DNA of 64,000 nucleotides, taken from NCBI GenBank assembly GCA_026770705.1, contig JANJGN010000301.1:62001-126000 (forward strand). The letters run 5' to 3'. Every line of letters begins with the position of its first letter. Within the stretch, counting starts at the first letter, position 1. This stretch comes from Isurus oxyrinchus. Its lineage: Eukaryota. Both the position numbers and the translations under genes were made by a program. Below, piece by piece: positions 37,067 to 48,887 of this stretch. The notes beneath the pieces are model-generated. The model saw only the letters and a program-made list of their open reading frames with translations. It made no database searches and was not told the origin of the DNA.

Positions 37067-39899
37067 GCATTGAGGCTAGGTGGTTAGAAAATGTGGTAGT
37101 TGAGAGCGGCAGTCTCTAACATCCCCACTCACCTCCACTATTTATTAGTTGTTTTTATTAAACTGCTAAAAGATGGGGAGATGTAAGACAGAAATACGAG
37201 GAGTTCATATACCCGCCAATTCTACAACATTGTTTTGTTAAACACTACAGTATTTAATGGTTTTAATCCCAATTGCCTTCAGTTGCCCCAATTAAATCCC
37301 AATCGCCTTCAACAACTGACTTTCCAAGAGCGTCTTTTAAACCCCTGAATTTATCTGTCATTGTCACACACTGTGCCAAAATTTCTTTTTGCTTTAAATA
37401 AATTGCTTGTTATTTCCCTGTCAGCCCAACATTCTATTTTTCGGTCCCCCTCTCTGCATCTCTCTCCCTGGGACAAACTTAACCTCTGCATCTGGAGACA
37501 TAATATTTCCGTACATGAACAGAAGGAGGCTATTCAGCCCCTCGAGCTTGCTCCGCATTTACTAAGAGAATTGTTGCTCTGTCCATCAACTTCAGTACCT
37601 TACCTCCATTTTCTTTAATCAACAAAAGTAGGAGCAGCACTGATAAACAAACTCCCAGGAATGGAGTTCAATTGCACGTGAGCATTCATTTATTCTATTT
37701 TATGCCCATTACCTCAATCACTCGACCATCCCGCTTCACTGGAATTGCCTAGCGTTCAATCAACCAGACGGTTAGTTGGTTTCCCTCAAAATTTTATTAA
37801 TCCCTATCCTCATCTTGGAGCATATTTTGTTATAGTCATCAATGCCTAGATGCTCCACTGCCTTTACTTCTCACCCTGATCAGTTTCATTCGCCGTTACC
37901 TTGCCCTTCTTTTTTATTTGCATTTTGCTTTATAAAGACAACAGTGCACATTGTGGGAACTCAATTCCCTTAGCCCCTTTACATACTTCTTCTACTGACG
38001 TAATACTACGTTGCGCAAGCCCCATTATTATTAATCTGTTTGTTACTAAATTCCTTAATTTGTCTGCATATTTCTTTCTTCAACTTCCTTCAAGACACAC
38101 AACAATTCAGAGATAGAGTTATGGAAATAAAGAGCTAGAGAGTGACACAAAGATACACAAAGAGAGTAAAATACAGAGGGAGAGAGAGTCCAGATGGTGA
38201 GTTTTATTGTAACGTTTAACACTGCACTTAGTATAAAGAACTCAACCCCATCTTCTGGCTCTGATTCTCAAAATGCCTCTCAAGAACAATAAGGAAAGAA
38301 GAACATGTATTTATACAGTGCCTTTCATGACATCAGAACTTTAAAAAGCACTTTACAACCAAAGAAGGCTTTGGAGTGTCTTTATGTGGGAAACATGGCA
38401 GGCAATTTACCACCTCAAGCTCCCACAAAGAACAAGGTGATAATGACCTGGTGATCTGCTTCAGTGATGTTGATTCGGGGGGTAATGGAAATTGACATAT
38501 GTCGAACAACCTGTCAGCCTGTCATCGAAGCTGCCATTTCCACACATGGATCGCAGAGATTTAAATTCCTTTGAATTTTTCAGGTGGCTGACTCATGTAA
38601 CTCCACTGTTCACTCGGAGGGTGGATTGTGCCCAATACCATATTGTTCAGGATTTATGAAGTTTTTGCTGTGGGCCTGAGCCTCTGTTGCTGGTGTGTTT
38701 CTTAATCTGATAACATGCTGCCTTTCATCTGCTTGACACCGATATTCACAATCATTCAACCCACTGAGGTAATGGGGCCCGTGTTTCAGGAAGTATGTAA
38801 AATCTAACAGGAGTGTGTGAAATAGCCTTGGGGAAGCCTCTAACCATGTGAGCAAACGTCAACTGTGTCGAGGAGCTAAAGTTGGGTAAAAGCCTTTGAA
38901 ATTCTGCTGTCGAGTGTGTCCTTTGCTAACCTTGCTTGCTTGTATTTATTTTAATTTAAAATCTATTTTAGAATATTTCCCCAATAGGTGTGTGCAGGTT
39001 GAAATCAGGTAAATTAGGAAGTTTGATATTTGTTATAGTACTCAGCAACTCTAAACGTATGTGTGTGTGTTTGAAATATTTCCTGTTGTTAATATATGTT
39101 TAAATATGGTTTTTAAAAAATCTCTAAAGGTTCCAGTAGGCTCATTACTTCTGAATTCAGTGCACAAAACTTCTCGGAATAAAAACAAATTGCAAAACTG
39201 TGATAACGTGGCCAAGTTTCCCTTGTGGGTTTGGTCCGTCTGGCACACATCCAGGCCTGCCAAGTCATAACAAACATCTTTGGGAAGCATGTGATATGTG
39301 GTACCTTACATAAAGCTGCAAGAACGGTCCATTTAACCATTCACTAGGCGAAGTTGTCTGACAGCACTGTGGATAGCTAGGTTCTAGGAAACAGAACGTC
39401 ACCAGACAACGAGAGGCCCGTACAAAAAAACGATCCCTGTCTTTCCGATGTGACATCCTGACTCCACACAATATGTAATTGTTTGGAACCCCCAACCACC
39501 AGACCCCCCAATCCCAGCAAGTTAAGTGATGTGCATTCTGTTAAAGGTATTCAACAGTTATCTACATATGGTTCTGTATCTTGCAGTTAGCCCTTCTGCA
39601 CCTCTCCAGATACTTTTTGCTCACCTATCTGTTTGACTTTCTTCATGCCTGAAGGTGATGAGGATATCCGATATGAACATAATGATGCAAGTTCATTGGC
39701 GCTGTCGGAACAGAGAGATGGAGACTTTGCAAAGTGCACAAACGTTTGAAGTTGGTAGTGGAGGCTGGGACTGCTGTAAAAAAGAATTTAAATTCTTGAT
39801 TTTATCAATAGGATTAGGATGCTTTGCTAAACATTTCTAGAAAGCTGTTAAGTTCTCAGTTGGACTGTTGTGTATAAATATGTGAACCACACCTGATGA

Positions 39900-40390
39900 A
39901 TGATTTGACGGTCTTGCAGAAGGTGCGGGAGAGATTTATTAGGAAGCTTCAACTGATGAGAGGCTTTAGCTTTGTGGAGCGACTTGAGAATCTGCGGTTG
40001 TTCTGTGTTGAACAGAAACGATTGAGAGGACATGCGATGGAGATATTAACAATTATGAACTGTTTTAGTTGAATAAATAAGGGAAGTTGCATCCACCGGC
40101 GGAAATCTATGTAATCAGAGAACTTGGATTTGAATTAATTCGCAAAAGAATCAAAGGCAACCTGAGCAGCCATTTATTTGCACTCTAAGTTGTTGAGTTG
40201 TGGAATGCACTGCCGGATAGGTTGGTGGAAGCAGTTTCAATAACAAATGTCAAAAACATAATTGGGTAAATACTTGAAATGGAAACCTTTGCAAGACAAA
40301 GCAGGGTGAACAGTGAAGTGCGAACAATTTGGTGCCTCTGCCAAAGAGGCTACACTGACACAATGAGCTGAATGGCCTCATACAATGTTG
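39900..40390 (+). mobile_element. Decayed CR1-like LINE 3' fragment
   Basis: gattgagaggacatg...tgtggaatgcactgcc...gtggtggaagcag...gctgaatggcctc. Similar fragments at 8460-8830, 25650-26100, 42230-42510, 48640-49420 and 61270-61520. Confidence 0.6.
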
Positions 40391-40476
40391 GTGCGATGAA
40401 GGAAAGGAACGAGGATTTATTGTTGCCTCCAGTATCTAAACATCCATTTGTCTTCTGTTCATTGACTATTCGAAAG

Positions 40477-40814
40477 TCTGTACTATTCAAATACAATTAA
40501 GCAACCTGCATCATCAGTATCATGTTTGGAGAAAGGATGAATGGTATTGCCCTGTTGAAACTCCACAGGTCGCCGCCGATATGATCTTTTCTGGCACCAA
40601 AGAAACGAGAAGGCGCTGACACTGAAAATCAAAATGAATTCAGAGGGAGGGCAGTAAGCAGAGCGTGTGGGCGGCCGAATCTATTCAACACTCCGGGTAT
40701 CAGATCGTTTTTTCAGTTTAATCCTGAAAGATGTAGAACTGAGTGACAGTGGGATGTTTTATTGTGTGCTGAATATTCAGTGATACAAACCGATATAGGC
40801 ACTGTACGGAAAAT
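40477..40814 (+). pseudogene. TCR V-delta-like pseudogene (not in the ORF track)
   Basis: One frame reads SNTIKQPASSVSCLEKG*MVLPC*NSTGRRRYDLFWHQRNEKALTLKIKMNSEGGQ*AERVGGRIYSTLRVSDRFFSLILKDVELSDSGMFYCVLN. RSS TTCAGTG (40776-40782), 23 bp, ACGGAAAAT. Confidence 0.82.
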
Positions 40815-41029
40815 ATCGCTAGGCTGCCATATAACCTGAATGGTGGGAGTTCATTTTGTGAACACTGAATCTTCACCTCTGACAGCACCAGAATCAGAAA
40901 CCGACCCTTTCCGGCTGTAAATTTGCATCCAAAGTTAAAACGTTTTATTGACAGAAAGTCAAGTTTGCGAATATTTCGGATTCTGAACACAAAAGGGAAA
41001 AGTGACACTTTCGATTGGAACCAATGAAA

Positions 41030-41381
41030 GTAGAGCATGAAAGCCAAGGAAAGTAGAATGAAAGAGAGAAAGTGAGAGATGAGGGAGAGAAAAGGAGGAA
41101 AATATGCCGAGACACTCAGAAAGAGTCACAGGATGGAGACAAAGATTGACGCAGAGAGCAGAAAGTGTGTGTGCGAGAGAGACGGGAGGGGGTGAGAGAG
41201 AAAGAGGGAGAGAGGGAGGGAGAGAGGGAGAGAGAGAGAGAGAGATTGCGAGAGAAAACTGAGATACACAACAACAAAGACAGAAATGTAGAAAGGGAAG
41301 GAGAATGCAATAGACAAAGGGAGAGAGGCCCAGACAGAGACAGGGAAAGAAGGAAAGATATAGAGGCAGGGAGAAATAGAC

Positions 41382-41412
<31 letters not shown>
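41030..41412. repeat. GA-rich microsatellite / low complexity
   Basis: (GA)n and (GAGG)n tracts. Confidence 0.9.
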
Positions 41413-41413
<1 letters not shown>

Positions 41414-44059
41414 CCAACAGCTCATTCTATAAAATCCGGTTCAATTTCTGAATTCCAGCAAATTGTGTTTTAATTTTGTCCCATTGTGTGATTTCAACGT
41501 GACTAAAACCGGTTCCGCTGATCAACGGTCTTCGAGCTGTCGGCGGTCGCACTGCAGAAACCACTCGTTTAACCGTTCTGTTTGGAATTCAGAAACTGAA
41601 CAGTGTAAACGGTTAACAGCTGCAAGTCTCTCAAGCCGTACAATGTGAATGAGGCACCAGGTGAATAAACTCAACACAACTGCGGCAAGTTTGGATACCT
41701 GCAGTGGCTTGTTCAATACCTGACCCGGGAGAAAAACGGGAGAGTGACACAACGGACTTCAGATATAAGTGATCCTGATGTGGGTAAATATGGAATTTTA
41801 TTATTGGACAATCAATGACTGAAATTAGCGACATTGTCCCCGCCATATCTTTCAATTGTCTTCGTAGAACCAATCACTCTCCTCCTTTTCAGCCCTCAGG
41901 CTGAAACGTGAAAGTTTGGAACTGCAGACACTTCTCTCTATTTTAAAGCAGATGTTGAGAGTTGGGATTGCTGTAATTTATCTGTATCCCTGAATAATGT
42001 TAATGGAAACAACATAGTGCAGTGAGAGAATAAGGATGATGCATTAATCTTATAAAGGAGAACATGAACATAAGGGAACAATTAGAAACTGGTGGCATGA
42101 TCATTGACAACCAGCAAGAAATAACTCGTCCAAAGGGAGAAAAGGATTGGATGATCTCTGGCCGCCTTTCAAAGTGCAATCCGACCCCAGGATGCTGGGT
42201 GAGTTTTATGCAGGGGAGGACTGAAATGGACTCCAGTCTGAAATACTGTGTGAAGTTTTGGTGTCCTTACAGAAGAGAGATCAAGATGCTTTGGAAGGAG
42301 TGCAGCAAAGGTGCATCAGGCTGATTCCCGAGATGAATGGATTGTCCAATGGGAAGAGATTGAGTAGACCGGGCCTATAATCCCTAGAGTTTAAGAGGAT
42401 GAGAGGTAATCTCATGAACACAAATAGTATTCTTCAGGGGCTTTACAGGGCAGATACTGGGTGGAAGTTTCTCCAGACTGAGGAGTATGGAACTCGGGGT
42501 CACGAGGTAATGTCGATAAAAAAGTTGAAGTCAGAGCTGGGAGCCGCAATGAGGCTGCTAAAATGCCTGCTCGCTTTACTTAAAGATGCTGCACAGCGGT
42601 TGGTGCAAATGCTTCAAGTAAAGCACTCTCCAACAGAGTCCAGGTGATCGGGAAAAAACACGATCTTGGTGTTAATTGCAAGCGCAGTTTAAAGGGACGC
42701 TCGTCACTGACAGGGGGTCACCCTTTCATGCTCATTATTGCTGCACCTGTGAAGTGAACCACATCGGGAGACTCCCTGAGACACCTTGTCAGGGCATGAA
42801 CAACTTGTGGACAACGCTTATTCTGGACTTCTTCTGGGGGCATCGCCTAAAAAGAGTTACCTCGACTTCATATCTTTGTACCCTTTACAGGAGTCGCCAG
42901 GTGAAAGAGAGAACCTGGTCAAAATCATCTTATTAGCGCCCCCTTGATCTAAATGAGGAATGGGAGAAGGTAGTGAGACCAGACGGAGCAGCTCTAATTG
43001 CTCAGGGGAGACAGAGGAGAACACGGATAGTGACGTAACATCCGGCCTCCAGGCATGTTCTAATAAAAATTATGAACAATGGGGCCCTAAACTGAGCTAA
43101 ATCCAGACTTTGAAACAGTTGTAATTTATTTGTCCAGCACCATTTCGCTCCTGATTACATCCTTTAGTCAAATAGCCTCCACTCTTATGCCCAGGCTATC
43201 AGCTGAGCTGGAGGCGCCCCACACCCGGCTGTTCCCCCACCCACCGGTCCCCGACCCCCTGGCCCTGGTTGATTGGGTGAAACATGTGTTGTGACAGATA
43301 GAAGGCATTTTGACGTCATCCATTATGGGGAAATCATTGATCAGCTTCATAAAACTTGATTTCGGTCATGTTTGAGGCCGGTAACCCGCTGCGCGGCTGC
43401 GGCGGTTGATTGAAATAGAACAGGCCGATTGTAAGAGGCTGTGTTGTTCCAGTCCTCATGTGTGGTCCGTTTGTCCCGAGTGCAGAGCGGTCCGTGTCAC
43501 AGATAGAGGCCACTCCCAGCTACGCTCAATTGTGGGAGATGCTATCTTACATGTCTGGATCTAAATCCTTTCTAGTCGAGAGGTGCCCCAGTTTTCGGTT
43601 CCAACAGACAGTAAATGTCTTGTTGAGTTGAGAGAATCTCTCAGCCGATCGTAGGCAGAATCCGGGAAATCACAGGAGGCGGTGACTTCTTATCAACTCA
43701 ATCGGTAAAAGGCGGACTGGACCAAACAAGAGAGAGAAAAAAATCTCCCGGTCCCCGTAGAAAAAGGTGGCAATAAACTCACTTGAGTTATTATGAATCG
43801 GTAAAATACCGATTCATGGGAAATAATGGAGTGTGAGAATGTGAAATAATTTCATGAAGTATATTCACAGGAGCATTGGGCAGAGAGGAAAATTCAAGGG
43901 TGGGAGGAGCGAGAAGGAAATGCAGACCTGATCAGTTTAAGCACTTTATCCTGTGCGGTAAAATGCGGACAACCTTTGAGAAAATGTTCGTGAATAATGT
44001 TTGAGTTCCCAATATCCCTGCACTCTGTGTCATTGTATGTCTGTAATCCCACCATGTTC

Positions 44060-44098
44060 AGGTTTTGTACAGCTCTTTCCCTGTTCTTTATCACTGTG
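44060..44098 (-). other. Second, tandem 23-RSS downstream of the supporting V-delta
   Basis: CACAGTG (44092-44098), 23 bp, ACAAAACCT (44060-44068), within a ~57-bp tandem duplication. Confidence 0.85.
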
Positions 44099-44117
44099 TC
44101 TAATCCCTCCATGTTCA

Positions 44118-44462
44118 GGTTTTTGTATGGCACCCTCCGTGCTCTGTATCACTGTGCTGTGCGCTGACTCAGTGCACAGTAATACCCAGCGGAATCACTC
44201 AGTTGTAGTTTGGAGATATTTAACCGGCTGATTTTCTCGGCAGGATCGATAGAAGCAGAACTTCTCCCCCCAGCAGTGTTTTCTTTATCCTCTTCTCCTG
44301 AAGCATGTCTCTGAAGCAAGTAATCCGGAGCCTGTCCTGGGGACTGACGGTACCAGTGTACTGTGTACTGACAGACACCTGAATACTCACAGCTTAAAGT
44401 AACGGTGTCACCCACAGCAGAGGTTTGGACAGGCGGATTCTGGGATACAATGGAACTGGAAT
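44118..44462 (-). CDS. TRDV: NAR-TCR supporting V-delta (leaderless, extra CDR1 Cys) with consensus 23-RSS
   Basis: Acceptor ttctcctgcag|. Open exon 44157-44462: (D)SSSIVSQNPPVQTSAVGDTVTLSCEYSGVCQYTVHWYRQSPGQAPDYLL...DSAGYYCALSQRT. Non-canonical Cys at 44371-44373. No leader exon seen; the phase-1 acceptor fits the J donor at 47077. RSS CACAGTG (44150-44156), 23 bp, ACAAAAACC (44118-44126). Confidence 0.9.
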
Positions 44463-47077
44463 CTGCAGGAGAAAAATTTGATCTTAATCTATTTAGAGAC
44501 TGGGAAACTTGTTAATCGCAGTAGATGCTCTGGTTTTGGGTGAGTTTGTTTAATTTATAACATGCTTTAACTTCATTCACTGTTATTGAAATATGAAGCA
44601 GTGAAAGGATGAGGTGTTATTTTGTGTTTCAGAGCGAGTTCTTACTATTTGGCATGCATTGTCTGAACAGACGGTGAAATTGGTTAAGGGTGTTTTCCAA
44701 ACGAGTAATGGATGTATGTTGGAACATGGAAAAACACAGGGCTACGGGGAAAGAGAGTAGTGGGGATAATTGGGTTGCATTTTTAGAGGGGCAGCACCGA
44801 CAAGATGGACCGGATTTCAACTGCAGTGCAGCATGTAATGAATATTACATTTCTGTTTCTATTTTTCCAGAAGGGACATTTTATTATCAGCGAAGCAATC
44901 AGTTTCCAAAATGATTGCCCGAGACTAACCGAACTGTGTAGCATCAAAGCAAGATCCATAATAACTTGATGAGATTCATCAGCACTGATTGGGCCAAACC
45001 GATAGTGAACATAGGTGGTCAAAGGTTAATCATTTGCTGGAGTTGACCACTGCTCGGGAGTTTCTATCAACTTTTTGATCTGTTTCTCTATATTCATCTA
45101 ACATGAGGGCCCAAATTTCTCCGTGTCCTTTTAATTTGAAATATTTACAGTTACTCTCACTTTATTTTACGTTAATGTGCTGTTTGCGCTTTTTGCAATC
45201 GTGGGAACTTGTCCCAATCTCTCTCAGTTGTCGGTTGCGATCAGTCTGTTCAGTTTCCGCAGTGGTTTCCCTGTTACTCACTGGGAGCTGTCTCTTCCGG
45301 CTCTCTGACAATTTCAATTCTTTCCGCTCATTGACTGATTCTGTCCCTGGTTCTCTGAGCGGAGTATTCTCGAAGGTTTTACATTATACACAATCTGCAG
45401 AAGAGGAATAGGCCATTCGGCCTAATTGATTGATGCCTATGTTTACACTCCAAACCAGCCCTTCCTGCCCGAAATCTAAATGACCAATTCGGTCCACATC
45501 CTTCTGCCTGTTTATTCCGCTCTTCCTCTTGTATTTTGAAGTCTTCCCATAAATCTATCAATGCTCTCTGCTCCAGCCACTCCATGTGACCTCCAGTTCC
45601 ACATTCTAACACGTGTTCATGCAAATGTATTTTTCTTAATGCCTTTTATTTTCAATTAGTGGCTACCTTATAATAATCTCCTATTGCTCTGGACTCAGCC
45701 TCAAATTACCAGTTGCTCCACATCCACCCGATTGAACACATTCATAATTAAAAGGTTTCTCTGATATCTCCTCGGTTTCCTCTTTTACAATGAAAAGTGG
45801 CCCAGCCTGTTCAATCGTTCTAGAGAGACGTGGATTGTTGCTGATTGCACTTCTCAGGAATGTAAGAAATCAAAGCAGAGAACCTAACAAAGAGATGGAG
45901 AGGCTGCTATAGCACCTTTCAAACCTGCTCTGCCATTCAATAACATCGTCGCTGATCTCCATCCTCAAAATCACATTACAGCAGTGCCCCCATATCCCTT
46001 CATTCTTTTAGTATCCAAAGATCTATCGAATACCGTCCTAAGTACAGTCAGCACTGAGTATCCAAAGCTCTCTGAGGTACAGACTCACAACAATGGTTTG
46101 ACTTCTCCTCTTCTGAGTTCTAATGGCCGAATGTTTATTCTGAAACTTTGACCCATAGTTATAGACTTTCCAGCCTTGGGAAACATCCACCGGGAATCTG
46201 CCCTGACTTCCATATTACATGTTTCAAATGAGATTACATCTCAATTCCTCGAAACCCGAGGCAATATAGACCCAGACAACTCAATCTCTTCTCGTAAGAC
46301 TTTATCTCAGCAATCAGTCTGATGAAACTTTGTTGCACTCACTCCAAAGGATTTAGATCTTTCCTTAACAAAGAGGTCAAGCGTTTACCTAGCATTCCAG
46401 ACTGGACCCATTGCAGCCTGTCCCTCCATAAACCTCACCCCCCACCCTCGTGCCAGGAAGAATTTTGAACGGCTCCCAGAAATCATCCAACCTTTCTCTT
46501 GATTTCGATGATTATTGTTCTCTGATGTTCCTGTTCCCTTCTAGCAGTTTAGTGCATCATCCTCACTCTCCCACTGCTCTGTGTTGTTTTAATTTGCAGA
46601 AATCACAGATACAGATAAATTAAAGCAATCCAGTATCTCAAAAATCTACATTCAAAAGAGATAAATGTTAGCAATTCCAAACTTACAAATGATTAGGATT
46701 GTGAATCAGAGGGATTGATGGCCCCCGATGTACCAGTGAAACTAATAATGGTTCAGATGCAGCGAACCCTCATGCTCCTCCAAACTTAAAATCCCCTCCC
46801 TCACGTCCCCACACTCCATCCTCCACCCACCCTGATCCCGTTGACCGCCTAGTCTGACAGATCTCACACATAGTTTCACCTAGACATTCGACCCGGCTCC
46901 TGAATAATATTCTGCCCCCAAATCGAAAAAGCCAACAGAGAGGTTTCCTTATGAAAACCATCTGTTTTCCTTTTCGTGGGACTGAACTGACACTGAGCAC
47001 AATAAAAAGCAGCGGGTGAACATTAGCTAGGACAGGCCGCAACAGGTGTGAGGGGGAGGGTGGCTGGAGTCACTTAC

Positions 47078-47169
47078 CGGCTATGACAGTCAACATCGTA
47101 CCGGATCCATCCACAGAATCATATTTCCACCACAGTAACACTGCTCTCAGTCTCCCCGGCACAAGAACC
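47078..47169 (-). other. NAR-TCR J segment with 5' 23-RSS
   Basis: J 47078-47130 WKYDSVDGSGTMLTVIA|gtaagt has a GxGT motif and a phase-1 donor. RSS GGTTCTTGT (47161-47169), 23 bp, TACTGTG (47131-47137). Confidence 0.9.
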
Positions 47170-47483
47170 ACCGACAACTCAATCTGGCGGGAAATCATCA
47201 CCAGACAGTAGAAACTGCCATATATTCAGCGGATTGAAAAAAATAAACAATATTCAATGTTTCAAAATGTCTGCCGGCTCACACTGTGCTTTGTGAGGTC
47301 CTGAGCGCTGAGTAACTGGTCCAGGGAACGAGATGTTCGCTTCATATAAACCGAAACAAATATCAAAGAAAGATAATGGAATGGTGGAAATTACAATAAA
47401 ACGTAATCAGATTCCAGCGATGATAACATCAACCCGACAATTCAGTATCCGGGCCCGGAGAATATATATTTTAATTGTACAGA

Positions 47484-47990
47484 GCTATTTGTTCAGGCCT
47501 TTTCCTCTGTGATTAACCAATGTTGTACCTGTATTGAGCTTTACAGTAATAGTTGGCCGTGTCTTCAACTCTCACGTCCCGAATTTCCAGTGAAAATGTC
47601 TTTCCTGCTTTATTCACCGACACAACAAATCTTCCTCCGCCGGAGATCCGTTCCCGCTCTGTCCCGGTCTGGGTTTGTTTGAAGAAATGTCCATTTTGTA
47701 AATAATAATAACCATAATAAACACAGGTGATGGTGAGAGACTGACACTCCTTCCTGGTCACCGCTGCTGGGGTCTGTGTCACTGACTGACTGAAAGAGCC
47801 TGGAAATTAAACAGAGAGAGTGTAATGGACCATCAGAGCCGAACCACGGAGCGGGGTTAAACCCGCAGACATTGTCTGTAATTGGGATGGACTCGAGCAG
47901 CTTTATATTAAACCCACAACATGTCGGTTTGTTTGATCGGTACTCACGGGGTATACAGACACACAGGGTGAAAACAAGGAGGATTCCCAT
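47484..47990 (-). CDS. NAR-TCR V (IgNAR-like V domain), apparently germline-joined to D, with 12-RSS
   Basis: Leader 47948-47990 MGILLVFTLCVCIP|gtgagt. V exon 47512-47799: SFSQSVTQTPAAVTRKECQSLTITCVYYGYYYLQNGHFFKQTQTGTERERISGGGRFVVSVNKAGKTFSLEIRDVRVEDTANYYCKAQYRYNIG*. It has the VNAR-type short FR2-CDR2, YYCKA and an extra FR1 Cys (47744-47746). RSS CACAGAG (47505-47511), 12 bp, ACAAATAGC (47484-47492). Confidence 0.88.
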
Positions 47991-48639
47991 CGCTCTGCTG
48001 CCTAGAGCTGGGGGTTTATGTGACGGGGAGCTGGAGACTGCAGCCCTGGACTGCGCTGGGAGACCGGACTTCAGGGCTGGACTGAAACACCTTAGGGGAT
48101 CGAGTTGATTTACAAAGGGCAGCTTAGCTGAGATCATTGATGGGCCGCACGGTTCTCGGGTCGCTGGCTAAATGTTTTGTGAATAAGAGACAGGTTTATA
48201 AAAGGAGGCTGCAATTTTCTGACTCTACATTGGGATTGTGACCCGGATGTGAAATCCCCTCCCACAATACTCTGTTGTACAGGGCTGGGGGTAGGGAGCT
48301 TTTCTTTCTGCCAGTTGTGCTGCCGCCCTCCTTACCCCACAGTGATGAACCGGGAGGTCGGTGCATGAGTTCGTATTGGGTGGTGTTTGTTAAAGGTAGG
48401 ATGTGGGCCCAGGACATCGAGACAGTCCCTAATGAACGTACCGGACTCTTATGCCCAACCCCGGTCTCTAGCAGCTGAACTATTCCCACAATGAGGACAC
48501 TGGCTGCAGCGCAGCTCGAGCTGCTTCTATTCACTGACTTCCAGCTCAGCAACGCTCCCACGAATAACACTTGTCTTCTTATGGTGACCTGGATGTATGA
48601 AACTAGATTGTGCTGTTCTGAGATAGATTCCAAGACTAG

Positions 48640-48844
48640 CAGATAATACAAAGATTGGAAACTTTGTGAATTTTGTTGGGGATAGATTTGAACTTCAGAA
48701 GGACATAGAGACGTGGGTGGTTTGCCAGAAGAAGTTCAATGCCACAGAAGTGTGATGCAATTCATTTTTGCCGAAAGAATATGGAGAAATAGTATAAAAT
48801 AAAGGGACAAACTCTAAAGGAGATGCAGGCACAAAGGAACCTGC

Positions 48845-48887
<43 letters not shown>

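Noticed and set aside
38572-38860. RSS-like AACAGTG-23-AAAAATTCA on the minus strand
   Set aside because: The heptamer lacks CAC and no V framework motifs can be read upstream.
40959-41473. Long ORFs over GA/CT, CA and TA tracts (also 13829-14233, 48695-48907, 55759-56325)
   Set aside because: Low-complexity translation artefacts; some span N gaps.
42676-42936. ORF with TLVTDRGSPF resembling an integrase core
   Set aside because: No other DDE motifs. LILDFFWGHR looks more like a decayed L1/Tx1 fragment, and the evidence is too weak to call.
43470-43760. Faint V-like translation (SVSQIE...GDAI...FRFQQT)
   Set aside because: No FR3/YYC or RSS; not distinguishable from chance.
47261-47352. 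Candidate free D segment around the lone heptamer CACTGTG at 47282-47288
   Set aside because: No acceptable nonamer at 12 or 23 bp, and no second heptamer paired with the ATATAAACC at 47344-47352.
47470-47511. Reading the NAR-TCR V RSS as a 23-type
   Set aside because: At 23 bp the nonamer is TGTACAATT, and ACAATTAAA needs a 26-bp spacer. The 12-bp reading gives ACAAATAGC, a far better match.
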